A DNA stretch of 64,000 nucleotides, taken from contig JAFYYJ010000079.1 of assembly GCA_017557605.1 (NCBI GenBank), positions 25,499-89,498 on the forward strand, in the 5' to 3' direction. Positions 35,830 through 45,635 of this stretch are shown one piece after another. The stretch's first letter is position 1. The number at the start of each line of letters is the position of its first letter. Below the pieces are notes generated by a model. That model was given only the letters and a program-made list of their open reading frames with translations, did no database searches and was not told where the DNA came from. Source of the DNA: Salinivirgaceae bacterium. Its GTDB lineage: Bacteria > Bacteroidota > Bacteroidia > Bacteroidales > SZUA-534. The position numbers were made by a program, and so were the translations under genes.

Positions 35830-38751
35830 CTAATCAAACAATTCCATAATTTTCTCGGGCGAGAGATTCTTCAGTGGATTGTCGTTCGTTACAATTCCCG
35901 CCAAATCGTTTTTGTGATTTTGCAAGTTGATGATTTTTTCCTCAAGCGTATCGGCGGTTATAAACTTGTAAACAAACACGTTACGTTCCTGTCCGATACG
36001 ATAGGCTCTGTCAATAGCCTGATTTTCAACCGCCGGATTCCACCACGGGTCAAGAATGAAGACATAATCGGCTGAGGTAAGATTGATGCCGACGCCACCG
36101 GCCTTAAGCGATATTAAAAACACCTTTATATCGTTGTCAGTCTGGAATTTACGAATAACATCCTCACGGTTTTGTGTGTCGCCGGTAAGCATGGTAAACC
36201 CTATTTGGCGCTCCGTCAAATACTGCTCATAAAGCTCCAGATATTTTACAAACGAGCTGAAAACAAGCACTTTATGGTCTTCAGAAATGATTGTTTCCAG
36301 AACACGCGTAACCTCGTCAAATTTGGCCGAAGGCTCGTCAAAACCGGCTAATTTCGGGTGACAGGCAATCTGTCTCAACCGCATCAGCGACTTCAATACC
36401 AAAGCAGAGGTCTGCAAATCGCGCTGACCGCCAATATGTTGCAACAATTCATTGCGCATCTCTGATTTTTTCGCCTCGTAAAGCTGCTGCTGCTCGCGCT
36501 CCATGGTGCAGACGCGAATCTGCTCGGTTTTGGGCGGCAAATCGCTGGCAACCTCATTTTTAGTGCGCCGCAAGATAAAAGGCTCTATCATCGCTTGCAG
36601 TTGCGAGGCTCGATTACCATGCGGATTTCGTTCAATATAAGCAACATACTGCGATTTAAAATACTGCAAACTGCCAAGAAGTCCGGGATTCACAAAATTC
36701 ATCTGCGCCCACAAATCCGTCAGACTGTTTTCGACCGGCGTACCAGTCAGAATCAGCTTGTATTGCGAATGCAACTGCATGATTGACTGATAGTTTTTTG
36801 ATGTCGGATTCTTTATTGCCTGGCTTTCGTCGAGGATGATGTAATAGAACTGATAGCTGCCAAGCAACTCCACATCGTTGCGGGCAAGGCCGTAAGTTGT
36901 AATCACAATGTCGTAGGAGTTAAACACCGATGCGTTGTGAGCCCGGCTGTTGCCCAAATGTGGCAAAACACGCAGTTGCGGCGCGAACTTGTACACCTCA
37001 TGCAACCAGTTATGAATCAGCGACAAAGGCATTACAATCAAACTCGTGGGCCGATGCTGGGTTACGGACGGCTGCGGTGTGTCGAACAACGAAAGCTGGC
37101 CGGTTTTAGGAGGCTCAATGGTTGCGTCTGTTAACATATCCGACTGAGCGTCAAGCAATAAGGCAAGAGTTTGCAGGGTTTTACCAAGACCCATATCATC
37201 GGCCAGACAGCCACCAAAGTTGTTGGCTTTCAGCTGTTTCATCCAGTAATAGCCGGCAAGCTGATAAGGGCGCAATGTGGCGTTCAAACCTTGGGGCTTC
37301 TGAATTTTGGCGAAGTTGTTGGCATCGAACATTTTACACATCCGGTCGGCCTCATCGGAAACAATACCCGACTGGCGAATCAAGCCAAACATGTTCTTCC
37401 CAATCCGCATCTCGCTGCCCGCGCAAGTGCTATGGTAAAAAAGCGCCTGAAAACGCGAAAACCACTCATCGGGCAAAATGACAATAGTGCCGTCGGGCAA
37501 GGCGTACTCCCTGATATTGTGCAAGATATTATGACGCAGACGCACGAATTTTATCGAAAAGCCATTCAACTCAACAGCTCCATACAAGTCGAACCAATCG
37601 TTGCTAAGCTGCGCTTTCAGATTCAGCTCGATACGCCCAACGTAGTATTTCTGCTCGTAGAAACTTTGTTTTACGGTGAAACCCGAATTGGAAATGACAT
37701 CAGCCTTTTGATTTAACATGCTGATTATGTTATAGAACCGCGCGTCCTGTGCGTCCACGTCATTGGCTGGCGCATAATAATATATGCCGTCGGACGAAAC
37801 GAATCCTATTTCAGCAAGGCGGTCGGCGTATTGACGCTCCAAATCTTTCCGCCGCAATGTTTTGATAAACTGCACATTATCGCCTTCGTGCAGAAAATCG
37901 ACAAAAGCCCGCTCGCGGCTCGACGGCAAGACGGAATTGCTGCCATAGGCGAACTTCAAAACAAGCACAGGCCGGCCTTGTAGGTCTTCTTCAAGATTAA
38001 GCTGAGGTACAGGCGGCTCATTGTTTACCATAACATCGAAGCCAGTGGCGCGCACCTTGTAGTTTTTCACCACATTCAGTATAAACTTCTCAAAATAAAC
38101 AAGTTCGGTTTCTTTTCGAATGTGAATGAAATCGTTTTTCAGAAAAGGCTCGAATTTCTTGCTGTCAATGTCATCGAATCGATATAGTTCCTTGTTAATC
38201 ACCACATTACACGGTTCTTTATCGGTAATCACCATTGCTGTTTTGCCCTTCAGCTTGTCGTAATGGTCGCCATGGTCAATGGCAATGCGATAGCGGATGC
38301 CGTTCTCGTTGCGGTCGAAAAGGAAAAGAATGTGCGATTTCCCCTCAGCCACAGTCAGTTCGTTTTCGATATACATCTGCTCATACTTGAAATCCTTGAA
38401 AAAGAGGCGGATTTTGTGAGCGATGATTATCGACAGCATTTTTTTGAACCGTTGTTCAAGGTAAGGCCTAATGTGTGTCTCTACAAACTGCTTGTCGACA
38501 TGGCGCAAAAACTCGTGAGGTGGCTCCTTCGAGAACAACCGTGCAATGTAAATGTCATCAATAGCGGCGGTGTATTTCATCAGCTCGCGGTAATCGTCGC
38601 AAAAGCCTTCAACTTCCTGAATATTAATTGGTGAGGCTTTATCGATTACGGAATAGAACGACTCGCCCGAACTTGGCGTTATGACATACGGGATGAGCGT
38701 CACGCCAAATTTGCGATGATGAGTAACCGCTACTATCAGCTGCTTAGGCAT
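35830..38751 (-). CDS. SNF2-family DEAD/DEAH-box helicase
   Basis: LRPYQLAGYYWM, CLADDMGLGKTLQT, DESQAIKN, and helicase-C motifs (LISLKAGGVGINLTSADYVFILDPWWNPAVENQAIDRAYRIGQ). The ~480-aa N-terminal region is of unknown function. Confidence 0.85.
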   Translation of the reverse strand: MPKQLIVAVTHHRKFGVTLIPYVITPSSGESFYSVIDKASPINIQEVEGFCDDYRELMKYTAAIDDIYIARLFSKEPPHEFLRHVDKQFVETHIRPYLEQRFKKMLSIIIAHKIRLFFKDFKYEQMYIENELTVAEGKSHILFLFDRNENGIRYRIAIDHGDHYDKLKGKTAMVITDKEPCNVVINKELYRFDDIDSKKFEPFLKNDFIHIRKETELVYFEKFILNVVKNYKVRATGFDVMVNNEPPVPQLNLEEDLQGRPVLVLKFAYGSNSVLPSSRERAFVDFLHEGDNVQFIKTLRRKDLERQYADRLAEIGFVSSDGIYYYAPANDVDAQDARFYNIISMLNQKADVISNSGFTVKQSFYEQKYYVGRIELNLKAQLSNDWFDLYGAVELNGFSIKFVRLRHNILHNIREYALPDGTIVILPDEWFSRFQALFYHSTCAGSEMRIGKNMFGLIRQSGIVSDEADRMCKMFDANNFAKIQKPQGLNATLRPYQLAGYYWMKQLKANNFGGCLADDMGLGKTLQTLALLLDAQSDMLTDATIEPPKTGQLSLFDTPQPSVTQHRPTSLIVMPLSLIHNWLHEVYKFAPQLRVLPHLGNSRAHNASVFNSYDIVITTYGLARNDVELLGSYQFYYIILDESQAIKNPTSKNYQSIMQLHSQYKLILTGTPVENSLTDLWAQMNFVNPGLLGSLQYFKSQYVAYIERNPHGNRASQLQAMIEPFILRRTKNEVASDLPPKTEQIRVCTMEREQQQLYEAKKSEMRNELLQHIGGQRDLQTSALVLKSLMRLRQIACHPKLAGFDEPSAKFDEVTRVLETIISEDHKVLVFSSFVKYLELYEQYLTERQIGFTMLTGDTQNREDVIRKFQTDNDIKVFLISLKAGGVGINLTSADYVFILDPWWNPAVENQAIDRAYRIGQERNVFVYKFITADTLEEKIINLQNHKNDLAGIVTNDNPLKNLSPEKIMELFD

Positions 38752-39116
38752 CAGTTTCCTCCCGACATTTTCACCTTATAACCAGCCTGTTGCAAAAGGT
38801 CGAACACTTTTTGCTTGAACTCGCCCTGGATGATAATCTCGCCGTCTTTGGCCGAGCCGCCCACGCCGCATTTGTTTTTCAGCATCTTGGCAAGCTCCTT
38901 CAAATCGTCTGCCGTACCGACAAAACCCTGCACCAGCGTCACCGACTTGCCTGCGCGTTGCTTACGGTCAATGCTTACCTTAAGATTCTGCTGCTGAGGA
39001 GCAAGCGTCGCCTGCTCTTCTTCCTCATCGGTCTCGTACTGAAAATCGGGATTTGTAGAATAAACCACGTTCAAGCGGTCTTTCCAATCGTTATTCTGAT
39101 TATTTTTCTTGCTCAT
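38751..39116 (-). CDS. translation initiation factor SUI1/YciH family
   Basis: KVSIDRKQRAGKSVTLVQGF...LKELAKMLKNKCGVGGSAKDGEIIIQGEFKQKVFDLLQQAGYKVK. Start trimmed to MSKKNNQ (ATG 39116). The stop overlaps the SNF2 start (TGATG). Confidence 0.8.
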   Translation of the reverse strand: MSKKNNQNNDWKDRLNVVYSTNPDFQYETDEEEEQATLAPQQQNLKVSIDRKQRAGKSVTLVQGFVGTADDLKELAKMLKNKCGVGGSAKDGEIIIQGEFKQKVFDLLQQAGYKVKMSGGN

Positions 39117-39295
39117 ATTATGATATTTACAACTTAAAAAAATCATCAGTCTGTCTGCCAGAAACTTTTCGGAATTAGAAAAAGAAGCTCTGGCAGAGCA
39201 ACCTGCAAAGTGGCGAAGATAGACAAATTGAGCGTTCTGCAACAAAAAAAGAGGCCTTGCGAAGCCTCTTTTTATATTTTAGGTGTGATTGGAAA

Positions 39296-40246
39296 TCAAC
39301 GTTTGGTGAAAACGATTTCCGTATCGGTTATCTTATATTCCCAATTCATTGCCGTGGCAACAATCTCGGCAAAAACCTCGCTTGTCGGGTTCTCGAAACG
39401 GCCTGTATATTGCAGATTCTGAGTCCCTTCGGGCAGCACCACTTTCTTGTTCAGGTAGGTGCCAATCTGCGATGCCACTTTCGACATTGCCTTGCCATTG
39501 AAGACGAAACTACCTGTGTTCCATGCGATATTGTTAGTGTCAAGCGTATCGGTAGGCATCAGTTGTTTTTTCTCGCAATCGAACGACGCCTGCTGTCCAC
39601 ATTCAACCACTTTGTTGCTGCGGCGGCTTCCGAACTCCACTTTGCCCTCAATAACGGCCAAACTAATATTCGATTGCCCCTCGTAGGCCTTAACATTGAA
39701 AATTGTACCCAAAACCTTGGTGTAAACCTTGTTTTTGGTGCCAACCACAAAATCGTCGCCCGTATGGCGGACTTTGAACATGGCCTCGCCCGTCAGTGTA
39801 ACATTGCGTTGATGACTACTTGCGTTGTATTTGTAAGTCAACTTGCTGTTTTTGTTCAAGATAACCTCGGAGCTGTCAGGAAGGACAATCTTTTCGATTT
39901 TGTTGGCCGACACGTATGTGTTCACATCGGTTTTTGCCGACGGAGTAATTGCATAAATGCTTATAAGCAAAGCAATTGAAGCGGCTGCAGCGGCAATCCA
40001 CATAAAGCGCGGACGCAAAACACGACGCTTGGCGGTTATCCGTCTGAAACTCTCCCACTCGGCATCAACATCAACATCCATGGTATATTTCACCTTACCG
40101 GTAAGGTTCCAAACCGACACCAGCTCAGCGTATTCGTCGGCATTGGCAGGCACACGCAACCATGCATCAAGCTCCTGCTGCTCTTGCTGAGTCAGCTGGC
40201 CGCCTGTCAGGCTTTTCGAAATAATATCATAAATGGCGTCTTGCAT
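39296..40246 (-). CDS. FecR-family anti-sigma factor / sensor
   Basis: N-terminus LTQQEQQELDAWL, a single TM helix (FMWIAAAAASIALLISIYAI), a FecR-like domain and a C-terminal DUF4974-like tail. Sits immediately downstream of an ECF sigma gene. Confidence 0.8.
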   Translation of the reverse strand: MQDAIYDIISKSLTGGQLTQQEQQELDAWLRVPANADEYAELVSVWNLTGKVKYTMDVDVDAEWESFRRITAKRRVLRPRFMWIAAAAASIALLISIYAITPSAKTDVNTYVSANKIEKIVLPDSSEVILNKNSKLTYKYNASSHQRNVTLTGEAMFKVRHTGDDFVVGTKNKVYTKVLGTIFNVKAYEGQSNISLAVIEGKVEFGSRRSNKVVECGQQASFDCEKKQLMPTDTLDTNNIAWNTGSFVFNGKAMSKVASQIGTYLNKKVVLPEGTQNLQYTGRFENPTSEVFAEIVATAMNWEYKITDTEIVFTKR

Positions 40247-40265
40247 ACTGCTTATACCCCTTGTT

Positions 40266-40829
40266 TTATAAGAACAATTGAGAAAGGCTTAACCCTACCC
40301 CCAATGCTGAAAAAAATGCAATTAAATTCAAATAAGGCTTCAGCGTAACACGTAACTCACTGAGTGCCCGTGTAATATGCTTCTCGACTGCCTTTATTGA
40401 AATTTGCAGATTGTCGGCAATTTCCTGATTGCTCATCTCCTGAAAACGGCTTAGCGAGAAAACCAGCTGGCATTTTTCGGGCAGCCGCGATATGGCGTTG
40501 TTCACAATGCCCTCCATTTCGCCCTGAAGGAAATCCGACGTATCGCCCTGAATAGCTGAATCTTGCTGCTGTTGCGTGTACTCGTCCTCGTATTGGATGC
40601 GGCGGTGCTTCTCGATAAAATTGAGCGATGTGTTGATAACCGACCGTTGCAGATAGGCGCGCACATTGCCTTGAATCTCAACCGTTTCGCGCTTGTCCCA
40701 TAAATGCACAAACACCTGCTGTGCCACGTCGTGAGCCTGGTCGCGGTCCTTGACAATGCCATAGGCCATATTGCACATATCGGCAAAATGCGCGCGGAAC
40801 AACTCTTCGAACTGCTTTTCGGTAAACAT
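40266..40829 (-). CDS. RNA polymerase ECF-type sigma-70 factor
   Basis: DVAQQVFVHLWDKRE and region 4 (CQLVFSLSRFQEMSNQEIADNLQISIKAVEKHITRALSELR). Start trimmed to MFTEKQFEELF. Confidence 0.85.
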   Translation of the reverse strand: MFTEKQFEELFRAHFADMCNMAYGIVKDRDQAHDVAQQVFVHLWDKRETVEIQGNVRAYLQRSVINTSLNFIEKHRRIQYEDEYTQQQQDSAIQGDTSDFLQGEMEGIVNNAISRLPEKCQLVFSLSRFQEMSNQEIADNLQISIKAVEKHITRALSELRVTLKPYLNLIAFFSALGVGLSLSQLFL

Positions 40830-40964
40830 CAGCAAATGCTTGTTTTTCGCAAAAGTAGCACAGATAATTGAGATTTGACAATTATTAACCGACTTTTCGC
40901 AATGAGAGTTGAATGTGTTCAAAAATCGAAAATCATAATTTCGACATACTAAATTCTAAATCCC

Positions 40965-40972
40965 TACCTTTG
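40965..40972 (+). promoter_or_regulatory. -7 promoter box (TACCTTTG) for recQ
   Basis: Ends 7 nt before ATG 40980, implying a very short or absent leader. Confidence 0.4.
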
Positions 40973-40979
40973 GGCCGAC

Positions 40980-42890
40980 ATGGCAGACCTTTTTCACGAA
41001 ATATTGAAGAAATATTGGGGCTACGACTCGTTCCGTCCGTTGCAGGAGGATATTATAAAATCGGTGGCGGCGGGTAACGACACGCTTGCGCTGATGCCCA
41101 CCGGTGGCGGAAAATCAATCACTTTCCAGGTTCCGGCAATGGCCAAACCCGGTGTCTGCCTTGTCATCACGCCGCTCATCGCCTTGATGAAAGACCAGGT
41201 GGAAAACCTGCGCCAACGCGGCATAAAGGCATACGCCATATACACCGGAATGACACAAGCCGAAGTGGCTCTCAACCTCGACAACTGCGTCAACGACCCT
41301 GACACAAAATTTCTCTACTGCTCGCCCGAGCGGCTATGCAGCGAGACCTTTATCGCTCGTCTGAAATCGATTAACATCAACCTTCTAGCTATCGACGAGT
41401 CGCACTGCATATCGCAATGGGGCTACGATTTCCGACCAGCTTATCTGCAGATAGCCAAAATCAGGGAGGTGATGCCCGACGTTCCCGTTCTGGCCGTAAC
41501 CGCCACCGCCACACCTCAGGTTGTCGATGATATTCAATACCGCTTGAATTTCAAGCGGAAAAACGTCTTCCGCAAAAGTTTTGAACGCAAAAACCTGATT
41601 TACCTTGTGCGCGAGGTCGATGACAAATACCGCTACATGCTCCGCATAATGGACAACTTGAAGGGAACGGGCATTGTTTATGTGCGCAACAGACTGAAGA
41701 CAAAAGAGATATCAGAATTTCTGCAACAAAACGGCGTCAGTGCCGATTTCTATCACGCCGGACTGACAACTGCTGAACGCGACCTAAAACAGAACGCATG
41801 GAAAACCGGCGAAACACGTGTGATTGTGGCCACTAACGCTTTCGGCATGGGCATCGACAAGCCTGACGTCCGCTTTGTCATCCACATCGACCTGCCAGAC
41901 ACGCTTGAGGCCTATTTTCAGGAGGCAGGGCGCGCCGGTCGCGACGAGAAACAGGCTTTCGCAATCCTGCTCTACCACAAGTCGGACAAAGCACGGCTTG
42001 AACAACGGACGGTGCAGACTTTTCCGCCTATCGAAGTCATAAAACAGTTTTATGACAACTTGGGCAGTTTCCTGCAAGTTCCTATCGGAGAGGGAAAAGG
42101 CCGCTCTTTCAACTTCGATATGGCTCTTTTCGCAAAAAACTATCGGATGAACATCCTAATTGCGCATAACTGCCTGAAACTGTTGCAACAAGGCGGATAC
42201 ATCAATTACAGCGAAGATGTGAATAATCCGTCGCGGATTCTGTTCACCGTCGGACGCGACGATTTGTACAACTACAAGGAGGGCACCGAGCAGGAAGAAA
42301 ATCTGATAAAAACCATTCTGCGGACAACAACGGGAGTGTTCACCGAGTACCGCCCGATTGACGAAGGCGAACTTGCCCGACACCTGAACTGCACCCGCGA
42401 TACTGTATACGAGATACTTAAAAAACTATCACGTTACAACATCATCAGCTATATACCGCAAAGCTCGATGCCGCAGATTATGTATGTCGAAGAACGGCTG
42501 CCGGTGCAATCACTGTACTTCGGTCCCGACCAATACCTCAACCGACGCAAGCTATACGAGCAAAAGATAAACGCGGTGATTGAGTACGCCACAAAATTCG
42601 AGTGCCGCGTGAAGCAGCTGCTCAGCTATTTCGATTCGGAAGGCGCTGAGATGTGCGGCACCTGCGACGTCTGCACCCATAAGCACGAAACAGATATGTC
42701 CGAATTTGATTTTCAGTCGATTAGGGCGCTAATTGAGGAAAGCATCACTGCCGCGCCGGCATTGCCCGACACACTGCCCGACCTTATTCACAAACCACAG
42801 GCAAAAGTCTGCCGCGTGGTTCGCTGGCTGCTCGACAACAATCTGATTGTGCAATCGGAAGACAATTTGCTAAAAATGAAACAATTATGA
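40980..42890 (+). CDS. recQ: ATP-dependent DNA helicase RecQ
   Basis: FRPLQEDII, MPTGGGKSITFQVPA, DESHCISQWGYDFRPAY, TNAFGMGIDKPDVRFVIH, QEAGRAGRD, and the C-terminal zinc/WH region (CGTCDVC). Confidence 0.9.
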   Translation: MADLFHEILKKYWGYDSFRPLQEDIIKSVAAGNDTLALMPTGGGKSITFQVPAMAKPGVCLVITPLIALMKDQVENLRQRGIKAYAIYTGMTQAEVALNLDNCVNDPDTKFLYCSPERLCSETFIARLKSININLLAIDESHCISQWGYDFRPAYLQIAKIREVMPDVPVLAVTATATPQVVDDIQYRLNFKRKNVFRKSFERKNLIYLVREVDDKYRYMLRIMDNLKGTGIVYVRNRLKTKEISEFLQQNGVSADFYHAGLTTAERDLKQNAWKTGETRVIVATNAFGMGIDKPDVRFVIHIDLPDTLEAYFQEAGRAGRDEKQAFAILLYHKSDKARLEQRTVQTFPPIEVIKQFYDNLGSFLQVPIGEGKGRSFNFDMALFAKNYRMNILIAHNCLKLLQQGGYINYSEDVNNPSRILFTVGRDDLYNYKEGTEQEENLIKTILRTTTGVFTEYRPIDEGELARHLNCTRDTVYEILKKLSRYNIISYIPQSSMPQIMYVEERLPVQSLYFGPDQYLNRRKLYEQKINAVIEYATKFECRVKQLLSYFDSEGAEMCGTCDVCTHKHETDMSEFDFQSIRALIEESITAAPALPDTLPDLIHKPQAKVCRVVRWLLDNNLIVQSEDNLLKMKQL

Positions 42891-43306
42891 GCGATAAAAC
42901 AAATATACGCAACATTCAGTCGTACCTGAAACTTATTGTTTGGATTGTTGTTATTGGCTACCTGTGCTTTTCGTCGGGCGACAGCCTCAACAACCTGAAA
43001 ATAAACTCGATAATCCCATTATGGCTTCAGCCCCACATGGACAAGGTTGTGCATTTCACAATGTTTTTCATTCTGGCTTTTCTCATCAAATCGCTGCATT
43101 GGCAAACAGCGATAAGCAACCGATTGTTTTACACATATTTATGCCTCGCCGTCGTTTATGCGGCATCGACAGAGATAATTCAAAGCTATTGCATAGCCAC
43201 CCGCAGCGGCGATATTCTAGATTTTGGCGCCGACCTAGTTGGCATGGCTTTGTCGGTTCTCGTCTTCCCCTACTGGCCGCGCTTTGTCAAGTGGTTCTTC
43301 GGATAA
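42887..43306 (+). CDS. VanZ-family membrane protein
   Basis: 139 aa, 4 TM helices. DKVVHFTMFFILAFL and EIIQ...R.GDILDFGADLVG motifs. ATGA overlap with the recQ stop. Confidence 0.7.
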   Translation: MSDKTNIRNIQSYLKLIVWIVVIGYLCFSSGDSLNNLKINSIIPLWLQPHMDKVVHFTMFFILAFLIKSLHWQTAISNRLFYTYLCLAVVYAASTEIIQSYCIATRSGDILDFGADLVGMALSVLVFPYWPRFVKWFFG

Positions 43307-45532
43307 TCACAACGACGGTCCGTTTTGTAACTGTTTGACATACTCTTTGATAAGTGGTGCGGTTCGCTCCCACTCGTCGGCTATTTGCGTTATTGGCAGA
43401 ACGCCTGACTCCGGATTGTCGGCAAGCAACTTCCCTAGGTTCACAATCATTTTGACAGCCGTGCTCATGCCCAGATAGCCAAACGATGTCTTGAGCGAGT
43501 GCGTCTTCATGTTTATCGTGTCGATGTCTTTGTTGCGGCAGGCGGTTGCCAAATCGGACAAATCGGAAGGAATGCTTATGGCGTAAACACCCACAATGCG
43601 GCTCAACTCCTCGGTTTTGCCTCCGCATATCTTCATCAGCGCGTCAAGGTTAAACGGCTCGTCGCTGACTGCTTCATCGGCTTCGTCGGTCACAGGCTTC
43701 ACCTCATGTTGCATATCGACTGCGTATTTGTAGATTTTTGAGCACAAATCTTCAGAGTCGAACGGCTTCATTACATAGTCGTTCATTCCGTTACTGAAAC
43801 AGCGCTCACGCTCTTCCTTGAAGGCGTGCGCAGTCATGGCGATAATCGGAATCTGATTCTTGGGTGGGTCGAGCTGACGGATGATTTTAGCGGCCGTGTT
43901 GCCGTCCATTACAGGCATCTGTATATCCATGAGAATCAGGTCATAATCGCCGCTTTTCACCTTATCGACAGCTATCTGGCCGTTACCGGCAATGTCGATT
44001 TGCGTGTTGCTGTTCCACGCCTTGATTGTGTCGGTGGCAAGCTGCTGGTTTATCTCGTTGTCCTCGACAAGCAAAATGCTGATGCTGCGGTCGGTTGCAA
44101 CCGGCGTGGCCGCTGTAGGCGTCACATTGGCGGACTCAGCGCTATCTGCCATTTTCAGTATAAGATTAAATGTGAATGTTGAGCCTTTACCCTCCTCACT
44201 CTCAACCGAAATGTGACCGTGGTACATCTCCACAAGCTGCTTGGTGATTGACAGGCCAAGCCCGGTGCCACCATATTTGCGCGTAGTGTCTTTGTTGGCT
44301 TGCGTAAAACTCTGGAAAATCTCGTTCTGCTTGTCCTTCGGAATACCGATGCCGTTGTCCGACACCTTGAACACCAACTCAACATCATCATTTACAATAC
44401 GTTCAAGCCGCACTACTATATCTATCTGGCAATAAGCGCCAGTGAATTTTATCGAGTTGTTGACCAGATTTGTCAGCACCTGGGTTATACGGTACGGGTC
44501 GCCCACAACAACCTCCGGCACCCGCGCATCTATATCAACATTGATGTTGATGTCCTTGTCGTCACGCTTGACGCTGAGCGTGCTCACAATCTTTGAAACC
44601 ATGTCGCGGACATCGAAGCCGGTGCTTTCCAAATCCATTTTACCGGCCTCAATCTTCGACAAGTCGAGAATATCGTTGATGATGAACAGCAAATTGTTTC
44701 CCGAGTTTTTGATATTGTTCAGATAATTAAGCTGATACTCATCGGGGTTCATCTTCAGAAGTAAATTTGTGAAACCGATGATTGCGTTGAGCGGTGTGCG
44801 AATCTCGTGACTGGTGTTGGCAAGGAAAATCTCCTTCATCTGGTTGCTTTTCTTAATCTCGGCATTCACGCGCTCAAGCTCCGATTTCTGCTCGTTGATT
44901 ATTGATAGAGCGTTCTCCAAATCCTGCTTCTGCTGCTCGATGCGGTACATCGCCTTTTGCAGTTTTATGTGGTGCTTGCTCGATTTTTTGAAAGCCAGCT
45001 CCAACTCAGAACGTTGTGCGTCGAGTTGCGTAATCTGCTCTTGCGCGGCGGTGTTCTGCTCAGCAAGGTCGTTTGCCTTCTTAAGTAATTCAGCCTCACG
45101 GTCTTTGGCGTACATCTCCTGTGAAATGGCTATTATTCCTTTAATTTCGCCGTTGCTTTTGAAAGGCGAAAAAATCAAATCGATGCGCTTCACAATCCCG
45201 TCTTTCACGCTCCTCTCAATCTTCACCGTGACATTCCTCTTGTGGCGGATACACGTATTCAGATATGTTTCGATATCTTTTGCCGGTTTGAAGGCGCTGA
45301 TGTGGTCGCCCGTATGCAGGCAGCTCAACACATGCTCGTTGTTCGATGAATCGCGGTCCGAGATAAGGATGCCGTTCAGGTCAAAAAGCATTGCGCTTGT
45401 TTTTTTCTGGATAACATTATTGTAGTCAAATTTGGCGTCAGCCCGCTTATACATCTTTTTCAGCAATATGGCAAGGACAGCCGTTATTGCCAAGGCATAG
45501 ACTATAATCAGTATAAAAGCAATATGATTCAT
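43307..45532 (-). CDS. hybrid sensor histidine kinase / response regulator with a C-terminal HPt domain
   Basis: N-terminal TM helix, PAS-like region and coiled coil. H-box FLANTSHEIRTPLNAIIGF. GGTGLGLSI (G2). Receiver ILLVEDNEINQQL...DLILMDIQMPVMDG. HPt HSLKTSFGYLG. Confidence 0.85.
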   Translation of the reverse strand: MNHIAFILIIVYALAITAVLAILLKKMYKRADAKFDYNNVIQKKTSAMLFDLNGILISDRDSSNNEHVLSCLHTGDHISAFKPAKDIETYLNTCIRHKRNVTVKIERSVKDGIVKRIDLIFSPFKSNGEIKGIIAISQEMYAKDREAELLKKANDLAEQNTAAQEQITQLDAQRSELELAFKKSSKHHIKLQKAMYRIEQQKQDLENALSIINEQKSELERVNAEIKKSNQMKEIFLANTSHEIRTPLNAIIGFTNLLLKMNPDEYQLNYLNNIKNSGNNLLFIINDILDLSKIEAGKMDLESTGFDVRDMVSKIVSTLSVKRDDKDININVDIDARVPEVVVGDPYRITQVLTNLVNNSIKFTGAYCQIDIVVRLERIVNDDVELVFKVSDNGIGIPKDKQNEIFQSFTQANKDTTRKYGGTGLGLSITKQLVEMYHGHISVESEEGKGSTFTFNLILKMADSAESANVTPTAATPVATDRSISILLVEDNEINQQLATDTIKAWNSNTQIDIAGNGQIAVDKVKSGDYDLILMDIQMPVMDGNTAAKIIRQLDPPKNQIPIIAMTAHAFKEERERCFSNGMNDYVMKPFDSEDLCSKIYKYAVDMQHEVKPVTDEADEAVSDEPFNLDALMKICGGKTEELSRIVGVYAISIPSDLSDLATACRNKDIDTINMKTHSLKTSFGYLGMSTAVKMIVNLGKLLADNPESGVLPITQIADEWERTAPLIKEYVKQLQNGPSL

Positions 45533-45602
45533 AATTTGTCTGGTTTTTAATGCAGCAAGATAGTTGAAAAATCATTTTGCGTGGCACATATTTTTATCGC
45601 AA

Positions 45603-45632
45603 TAAAAAAAGGCAACCGAAAATAGTTGCCTT
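45603..45632 (-). terminator. intrinsic terminator after the tRNA gene
   Basis: Stem AAGGCAAC (45609-45616) / GTTGCCTT (45625-45632). T-run on the minus strand (A-run 45603-45610 on plus, overlapping the first two stem positions). Confidence 0.6.
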
Positions 45633-45635
45633 TAG

